Positions 32,834 to 41,800 of a stretch of 45,817 bases of DNA are shown here, in pieces. The DNA lies in the IMG/VR virus record IMGVR_UViG_3300044728_000254, positions 1-45,817 of that record; one strand, given 5' to 3'. The notes under the pieces are model-generated. The model ran no database searches, was not told where the DNA came from, and saw nothing but the letters and a program-made list of their open reading frames with translations. This stretch comes from a virus (Duplodnaviria; Caudoviricetes). A program made the position numbers and the translations under genes. Each line of letters opens with the position of its first letter. The stretch's first letter is position 1.

Positions 32834-35800
32834 AACTCCGAGTTATACGGATTCCAAAGACCTCTTTCAAGAGCACGGGGATAAATTCTTCCCCGGATTC
32901 TCCGGTCGCCGCCCGGAAGATACGCAGCACCCCCTTGCGGGCGATGGTGGGGACCGGGGCGGACTCCCAGGCAACGTACTTGGCCGCCGACCACGCCGAG
33001 GAGGCGGCGCTGCTGTCGTCGATCACGTCCTGCCCAGTCCATAGGGAGCGGTTGAACATCACCTCCAGGGACGGCTTCACGAACGGCTGGGAGAACAGGA
33101 AGGGCACGCCGACGCCTCCGGGTCCGGTCGCGGTGCGGAAGTCGCTGGCCAAAGGCATGATCCAGCGCATGTCCCAGGTGCGCAGCAGGCCGTCGCTTCC
33201 CCGCCAGGGCATGATCGGCTGGAAGTAGCGATCGATCGACCCCTGCACAAAACCCAGCGGGCCCTTGGGACTGCGCTGGCGGTCGGTGTCCAGGATGGTC
33301 ATCTCCTCGTCGGTGACCCCGAGCATGATCTTGCTGGCGAAGTTGAGGATGCCGGGGACAGCGTACAGGGCCATGACCCGCATGGGATGCTCCCGGGCGG
33401 CCTTGATGGTGATCTTCACCATCTGATCGGGGAAGGCGATGAAGGGGTCGCCGATGGGGCTCTTGCGCAGCTTCTTGGCCCACTTCCCTAAGCGATCGTA
33501 GTTTTGGGTGTAGCGCAGCTGCTCGATGGCCCAGGCGTGGGGCAGGCCGCGCATTTCCGTGTCGCGGATGTAGCTGGCCACCTTGGTGACGTCGTCGATG
33601 AAGGAGTAGCCGGCGGAGAGGGCTCGGTTGAGGCGCTTCAGGCCGGCGTACAGCTGGGCCACGGCCCCGCTGATGGTGTTTTTGGGGTTGGAGAGGAAGG
33701 CCAAGTACTTGGAAACATCGTCGCGGTCCCACCCACCGGTCAGCTCGTTGGACTTCATCAGCCGGGCGATGGTGGGGTTGTTGATCCCCTCCTTGATCCG
33801 TTTGGCGGCGTCCACGAACGTGCTGCGGTGGGTGAGGGGGTTGAGCCCCAGGTAAATCCAGATCGCGTTCTGCCCCAGCAGGTTGTTCATCCAGGTCTTG
33901 GCCGAGTACAGCACCGTCGCGGCCTTGAAGATGTTCAGAAAGATGTCCCACACCTGGGAGAGGACGCCGGTCATGACCTGCTCCTCCTGCATCAGGTTGT
34001 ACCAGACCGCCTCGGGCACATAGAGATTGGCCAGCTCGCCCAGGGCCTCGGAGTCCTTCACCCGCACGTAATGGAAGCGGTCCTCCTCGGGCAGTTCGAG
34101 ATATTCTTCCTGGGATAGCCCCACGGTTGTGGCCAGCTGGTGAAACAGCTCCATGTGCGACAGGTTGGTGGCCATGTCCACGATCGAGCGGGTGAGCAGG
34201 ACGCGAAGATCCCGCACCGGCCCCAGGTGCTCGACGGTGTCGGCGCCAATGGGGGCCATGACGATCACCTTCTGCAGGATGGACTGCCCGTACTTCTCCC
34301 GTCCCGCCTCCCGCTCCCGCTCCATGCGTTCGAACGCGGCGTCGGAATCCGGGGTCTGCCAGATATCCCCGTTCGCCAGGCGGACGCTCCACAGCTCCTC
34401 GTCCGATCGTTTGAATTTGAACATGCCCATCTTGATCCGCGGGCCGGCCAAACGGTTTTCTACGGACCGGATCAGCTTAGGCTGCTGCATCATGTGGTAC
34501 AGCCGGCGGACGTAGGCTCCGCCTTTCGACTGCCGCAGCTTCACGATCTCCTCGAAGTTCACCAGGCCGCCGGCCTTGGCCTGCACCAGGAGATGCGGGC
34601 GATTGAGCAGATGGTCGGTGAGGGTGTCCATCACCTCTTTGTAGTTGTCGAACCAGGCCTGCATGGCCGGGGTGAGACTGTAGTAATCCGACTTGCCTCG
34701 CAGCACGTCCTCGATCGCCTGGTGCTCGGTGAGGGCGGCGACGTCGAAGGCCTCGTCCGCGTCCCAGGTCCCGACGGTCTCCTTCTGCAGGTCCATGAGC
34801 CGCTTGCCAAGATCCTGGCGGCGGTCCTGTCGCTGGAAGGGTTTGATCTCCTCCTCGTACACTTTGCGCATGTCCGCCGGCAGGGTCTCGGCCCTGGTCT
34901 CCCCGTCGATCACGGAGTCCATCAGCCGCCAGGCGGATTTGGGCCAGGGCTTGCCCTCGTGTTTCTTGCGTACCGCGGCCACGTGGCGGTTGAGTCGCTC
35001 GTTGAGATTTCGTGCCACCTCGGTGTGGTAGCGTTTCATGCCCCGGGCCCACTGGAACAGATCCCGCTCCGGGGCGGCCAGCTTCCACTCCGCGTCGTAC
35101 AGCCCGCGGCCGAAAAAGTCGCTGCGTCTCTGCCCCTCGACGGTCTTCATGTTCTTGAGCCGGCCTACGATGCGATCCCATTGGCGGCCGTACTCCGCCT
35201 GGGCCCGCTCCATGATCCCGGTGGGGTCGGGGATGGCCGCTTGCGTGGCGCCCATACCAAACAGGGGCTCGTGCCAGTGCTCCCGCATCCAGCCCCGTTG
35301 CTCCGGGGTGAGGTGGTCGGGGAGCAGGCTTTCCTTGGTGGGCGGAAAGCCGGGCAGGTCGGAGGCCCCGCCGCCGGCGGTACCGGGTTCGTTGCCGTCT
35401 TCGTCCTCCTCCTTGCCGTCGTCCTGGGCGGCGTGCCCCTGGGCCTGGTTCGCGTTCTTCTCCGCCTCCTTGGCGATCAGGTCGGCCAGCACGCGGACCC
35501 GGCCGGCGATCTCGTCCATCTCCTTCTGCTTGCCGAAGGGCTTGTCCACCGTCTTATCGATCTCGGTCAGCTCCTCCTTGAGGGCGGCCAGGCGGCGAGT
35601 GAAGGATTCCGGGGCGATGTCGTCCAGCTCGTGGGCGAAGGTGGTGATCCAGTGGCGCATCGCCCCTTCCGTGGGGTTGGCCGCAGCGTCCCAGGCCAGC
35701 CAGTTGCCCAGGCGGATCCCGGCCTGGTCCAGGAACTTCTGCAGGTCGCCCTTGTCCGGGGGCAGGACCACGGAGACCAGGGCCTTCAGGTTGCGATCGC

Positions 35801-38800
35801 CCCAGGAGACCATGTACTGCAGGTTCACCGCCAGGCCGCGGTATTGTCCCACCTTGCGCTTGTCCGTGTCGTTCATGCGTTTGGTGATGTCGAACAACGC
35901 CTTGCCCGCGTCGGTGTGCTTCTCATAGGTGGTGTTGCCGATGTCCATAAGGAACGGGCTCGCCGGCGGGAGGGTGGCGGCCCACTCCTGGAACTTCTTC
36001 GCCTTGGGGATCAGCTCAGAAACCCGCTTGATCTCCGCCTTGGTGTGCACCTGCTGGTTGCGCAGCTTCATCTGCGCGTCGCGGTGGTACCGGCTCTCAC
36101 CCTGCAGGCGGTTGAGGTTGTGCGACAGCGTGGTCCACTCCAGAACCGCCTTGTTCTCCGAGCCCGCGGCCATGGCCATTTCGAACGCCAGGGTCTCGGT
36201 GTCCACGTCCTCGATCTCGTCGGCGTCGAGCTTGCCCGACAGAAACTCTGTGTTGGTCTTGTGCTTGGCGGCCAGCAGGGAGTACATGAACTCGTCGGCC
36301 ATGCCCTTGGCCACGTAGCGGTACAACTTCACCTCTTTGTTGCGGTTGCCCGAGCGGATGCTGCGGCCCCGCACCTGCTCCAGCGTGCCCGGCTCCCAGG
36401 CGGCCTCCAGCTCGTGGGAGGCGATGACCCGCTCCTGCACATTGACTCCCTGCCCCATCTTCTTCATCGAGCCCAGCAGGATGCGGATTTCTCCGGCGTT
36501 GACCCGATCGAACAGGGCGGCTTTCTGAGCGTCGTTCTTCGCGTCGTAGATGGTGGCGATCTCGTCGCGATCCACCCCGCCGTCCACCAGCTTCTTGATC
36601 ATGGCGTCGTAGGTGGAAAACATCGTCTTCTTTCCCGGCGCCCCCTGGTTGATGAACACCAGCTGGGTGAGGCGATCGGCGGCCGTCTCTTTGTGGATCC
36701 GCACGATGTTGTTGGCCGCCGACGTCAGTTTGTTCCCCGGCTCCTCGGGGTTGTTGGGGTACAGCAGGCGCATGTCCAGGGAGGCCTTCTTCTCGTCGGT
36801 GATGACGCTGAGGATGATGTCGTCGCCGGGCTGGGGCGGCTTGCCCCCTCTGGCCTTGATCGCTTCGCGGCGCTGGCGGATGACCTTCTGGTAGGCCTTC
36901 TGGCCCGGGGTGACCTCCAGGGCCACCACTTCGTAGCTGCGCTTGCCTTCGCTGTTCTCCGCCACGACGGGGATATCCCCGCCGGCCTCCTGCACCACCC
37001 GCACCACTTCCTCGTGGGGCGCCACGTGGGTGATCTTGTCCCACAGACCGTACAGCCCGCTGAGGTTCATGAACTTCCGCAGGCGGGTGACCATCTTGTA
37101 TTCCTGGGCGACGTTCTCCAGCTTGGGGGCGGCCACCGCAAACATACGCACCCAGTCGTCGAAGGAGGCGATGCCCTGGGCCTTGAGCACATCTGGCTGC
37201 AGGTAGCGCTGCATGGTGTAGATTTCGCTGATGGAGTTGTTCACTGGCGTGCCAGTGAAGAAGGTGAGCCCTCGCCCATTCTGCAACCGGCTGACAAACC
37301 GGGCCTTCATGTACAAGTCCAGGGTGATCTGGTTGCCGGCGGGGTTGCCCAGGCCGCGGACGTTCTCGATCTGCGTGGCGAACTGCAGGTTCTTCACCTT
37401 GTGGGCTTCGTCGTACATGATCCAGTCGATGCCCAACTCCTCGAAGGGCAGGGACGCGGTCTTCTTGGTCTGCTCCACTTTCTCCTTCAGGCGGGCCAGC
37501 AGGTTGTCGCGGGCGGCCTCCATCTTCTTCACCGACCGCTGGCTGGCCTTGCTGGCGTCGGCCTCGGCGATGGCGTCCTCCATGTCCTTGATCATTTCTC
37601 CGTAGAACTCGGTGAGGGTCGCTTCCGAGACGGGCAGCATGGTGAACTGCTGGTGGGGGATGACGAACACGGTTTTTTCGGCGATGGCCACCTTGGCCAA
37701 CGTCTTCGCCCGCATCATGCCGCTCAGGTCGTTGGTGGAGATGGCCACGAACTGGGCGCCGGGGTAGAGCGTGCGGGCGCTCTTGATGAACTGGTTGAGC
37801 GTGGCTCGATCGACCACGATGGCCACCTTGCGGGCCAGGCCCAGGCGGATCGCCTCCATGGCCGCGGCCGTGGCCGTGTACGTCTTCCCCCCGCCCACCG
37901 CGGTGTAGATCAGCGTGTTGTAGGGGCTGGACAGAACGCGGCTGACGCCGTCCTTCTGGTACCCGCGAAGCTTGATCGCCGGATTGGAGCCCGGCAGGGA
38001 GAGGTGCGAGCCGTCGTACTTCTTGGGCACCCAGCTGTTGAACGTGTCGTTGTACTCGCGAAGCAGCTGCGGTCCCCACTTGGGATGGGCCCACACCCAG
38101 GTCTCGAAATGGGCTTTGATCTCCTCCAGCTTACTCTTGGCCGCGTCACTGGCCGGCGTGTCCAGGTACCGGCTGCCGTCGGCGTTCCTGCGCAACACCT
38201 TGGGGGTCTTCATGTTCAGCTCGTCGTCGAGCAGCTCGGCGGTGTTGTAATCGGGCGTGCCCCAGGTCTCCTGGCTCGCAGCGGTTCCCCCCGCACCGGA
38301 GGCGGCCACAGTCCATCGCCCGGTCGCGCTCGAGCGTCGAATGCTGATCGAGCGGCGGTTGCCGATCATGGAGGCCAGGAATTCCTCCAGCAGCTTGGCG
38401 GGGATCCACGGGGCGCCGATCGCCGTGCGGATCCGGGACGCGGGCAGGTCCGCGGGCTGGGCGGCTTTGAGGGCCTCGACGTTGCGGGCGTACTGCTTGG
38501 CATCGGCCTTGGCCAGGGCCTCGGCTTCCTTCAGCTTCTCACGCACGTTGCCGCTCAGGTAGTCGGCCGTGGCCACGATCTCATCGCCAGGCAGGGGGAA
38601 GGCCAGACCCTCGTTGATCAGGCGGACGCGGGCCGCGGCGGCGTCGATGCCCAGCAGCTCGCCGATGCGCTCCAGGTCGATCTGGGCGCTTTCGTCCAGG
38701 CTGATGTTCAGGGCGTCGCCGGTGGTCTCCGCGGCGGTGGGCCGCTGGTAGGCGTCGAGCATGCGGCGGGTGAAGTACTCGCTCTTTTCCGCCTTGCGCG

Positions 38801-41800
38801 TCTTGGGGTCGTACTTTTCCAGCTGGGTGAGCAGCGAGAGGGTGAACACGTCGCTTTCCAGCAGGGTGGTGTTCTGGTTGCTATGCAGGGGGGTGAGCTT
38901 GGCCCGGGCCATGGCGTCGTATTTCCGGTTCAGCTCCTTCTGCAGCTCCGGCAGCCGGGTATCGCCTTTGGGGTCGATCGAGGCGCGAAGCAGCTCCTGC
39001 ATGGTGGTGCGCAGATCCACCATGGCCTTCAATCGCTTGATGGCCGTCTCCCCCTCCTCGGCCCGGATGATGGACTCGACGTTGGTGGCCGCGTCGCCGC
39101 GCCGCCCCGCCTGGCGCAGGGTCCCGTCCTCGCTGGTGAAGAAGGCTCCGGGCGGCAGGTTCTTGGGACTGGGCACCATGTCCATCACGTCGTCGATGCG
39201 CGTGAGGGCTTCGGCCCGCTTGCCGAAGATATCTGCGGGCAGATGGGCTAGTGCGGCGTTCAGGTCCTTGGCCAGGTCGAAGTTGGGCGGGGCCTCGACG
39301 ATCGTTTCGGTGGGTCCTTCTTCCCCGGCGCTGTACAGGCTTCCCGCTTTGATCTCGCCCAGCACCATTTCCGGGCGGTTCTGGAAATACTCGTTGATCA
39401 CCTTGCCGGGCAGGGGCTCGTAGGGGCGGCTGTTGACCCAGGCCTCTCCGCCGGCGGGCTCGTCCTTGCCCCGCTTCTTCAGAAAGATGATGTCGGTGGT
39501 GACTTTGGTACCGGGGAGGGAGTCTTCGTTGAGTCGCACCGCTCCGACCAGGTCGGCCCGCTCGGCGATGTACACGCGGAACCGAGCATCCAGCTTATCC
39601 ATCGTCCCCTTGGTGGTGATAAAGGCAACCAGTCCGCCGGGGCGGACCAGATCCAGGGATCGTACAAAAAAGTAGTCGTGAATGAACTGCCGCAGCCACT
39701 TGGGATAGCGTTTGTCATGGATGAACAGGTCTCCAAAGGGAACGTTGCTCACCGCCAGGTCGAAGTAGTTTTTGGGAAGGGCCGCTTCCTCAAATGGTGT
39801 GTGCTCCACCATCGACGCGGGGTACAACGCCTTGGCGATCGCCGCGGTGATGTTGTCCTTCTCGATCAGGGCCCGCTGCGAGTTGTTGGCCAGGTGCACG
39901 GGCTGCAGTCCGAACCAGTGCCCCACACCGCCCGATGGTTCCAGCACCTTGCCCCCGCGGAACCCCATCTTGTGCAGGGCCTCCCACACGCCGGTGACGA
40001 TCGCCGGCGGGGTGTACATGGCGTTCTTGGTGGAGCTGCTGGCCGCCTTCCACTCCTCGGATGTGAGCAGCTCATCCAGCTCGGCGAATTCTTTCTGCCA
40101 GCCCTTGTCGTTGCTGTAGCGGTTGCGGCCGTCGAAGGGCTCAGGCACCGAGCCCCACCCCTGGTAGCGCGACAGGATGGCCCGCTCCTCCTGCGTGGCG
40201 GCCCGTTCGCGGCCCTCCTCCTTCAGCTTCTTCGCCAGGCGGATCGCGTCTACGTTGCGTCGGAAGATGGTTTTGGATGGGTTTTTGCCGGCGGCGAACA
40301 GGTTGGCGGGGTCGCTGATGACGTAGTCGGTGACGCCGGCCTTGTCGATCGAGTGGTCGATGGAGGCGGGCGTGGTTGGCGGTTGTTCTGCTGGAGCTTC
40401 CGCACCCGCTTCTCCTGCACCGCGTAAAACCGATGGCACTTGCTGCTCATTTACAGCTCCGGCGGCGGATCTACCGCCAGCACGTCGATCAGCTTCTCGA
40501 CGTGTGTCCAGAGGGTCCATGTCGCCAGTGTTTGCCGCCGGCTGGCCCCCTTCGCGTTCGCTTGATCCAGCAGAGGCTGCAGGCTCGCCAGTGCGTTTCT
40601 CAGGGTTTTGGTTGCGTTGCCTATTTGCTTCGGCTCGCCCATCTCCTGCTGTGCCTGTTCGAATGTTACCGCCATCGTCTACTCCTCCTCGTTCGCCGGC
40701 GGGGGCACGTGGATGTACTCGCTGGCCACGGTCTCGTACGCCTGGTCCGCCGGCATCCCCTGCTCGATCAGCTGCCCCAGGCGGTCTTTCGCCTTCCGCT
40801 GCAGGTCCCAGGCCCACAGGTGCAACGTCCCCGCGGCCTCCATCTCCCTCAAGAATCCCGCGTTGACGTCCCGGGCCACCCGGATCGCTTCGAGTCCCAT
40901 CGGGCCCAGTCGCTCCTTGGCTTCCTGGTCGGTCTTCGGCGGCGCCGGTTTGTCGCTCATCGGTTTCTGCTTTCTGCTTTATGCTTTCCGCTTTCTCAAT
41001 TATAGCGGGTTTTTCGGCGTTACTCAAGGACTGCAACTGCTGCTCGATCCGGTCCATCAGGTCGCCGGCTTCGTTCAGTCGTTCGCTGGATTTCAGGAAC
41101 TCATCGTCGCCGATGCGCTTCGCTCGATACTGCGCCGTCACAGCCAGGTGGCGGGAACTCTCGGTGCGAAATTGTTCCAGGGCCTTGTTGTACAGGGCTT
41201 GCAGTTTCCCGCGTTCGCTCTGCGTCTTCTGCCCGGCGACGATCTGCGCGTCCGATGGGGGGCGGACCACTTCCTCCTTGCCCCCGAATATGGGCTTGAT
41301 GATCAGGTCGCCGGCGGGTTGCTTAGGAGCTGCTCCGCGCTCGCGTCCGCCGTCGTCGGCTCGCCCGGGTTTCCCAATGGGGCCAGCTGGGCGATCCGCC
41401 TCCGCCGGAACTTCTCCTCGTCGTAGGTCAGCTTCACGCTCTGCCGCAGGAGCTGCTGCTGGGCTGGGTCCTCCACCTCCCGTCTCACGTACCGCCCGTT
41501 CTTTCTCTCCAACAGGGCTAATCGTCTCGCCTGCCGGTCCTCCCGTTTCAGCTTTCGTTCCGATCGTCTCACCGGGGGTCTCCTTCTTCTTGTTGGCCAA
41601 ACGGGCAGCCTCGGCCTCCGCGGCCGTGGGGAACACGTATCGATCGACATACAGCTGCGTGCCGTAGGTGAAGCTGTGTCGTTTTCCGTCGGCGGTCTCG
41701 ATGGTTGTAGCAGACCCGTCAGGGCGATTGCCGATAACCTTCTGTACCGTCTCCTCTGGTCCACCTTCCCCGCTGGCCAGCCCCTTGATGACGTCTCCGC

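Noticed and set aside
34140-39251. 1703-aa plus-strand ORF
   Set aside because: Antisense shadow of the GC3-rich helicase gene; no motifs. The same applies to most long + strand ORFs (e.g. 10131-11498, 14491-15900)
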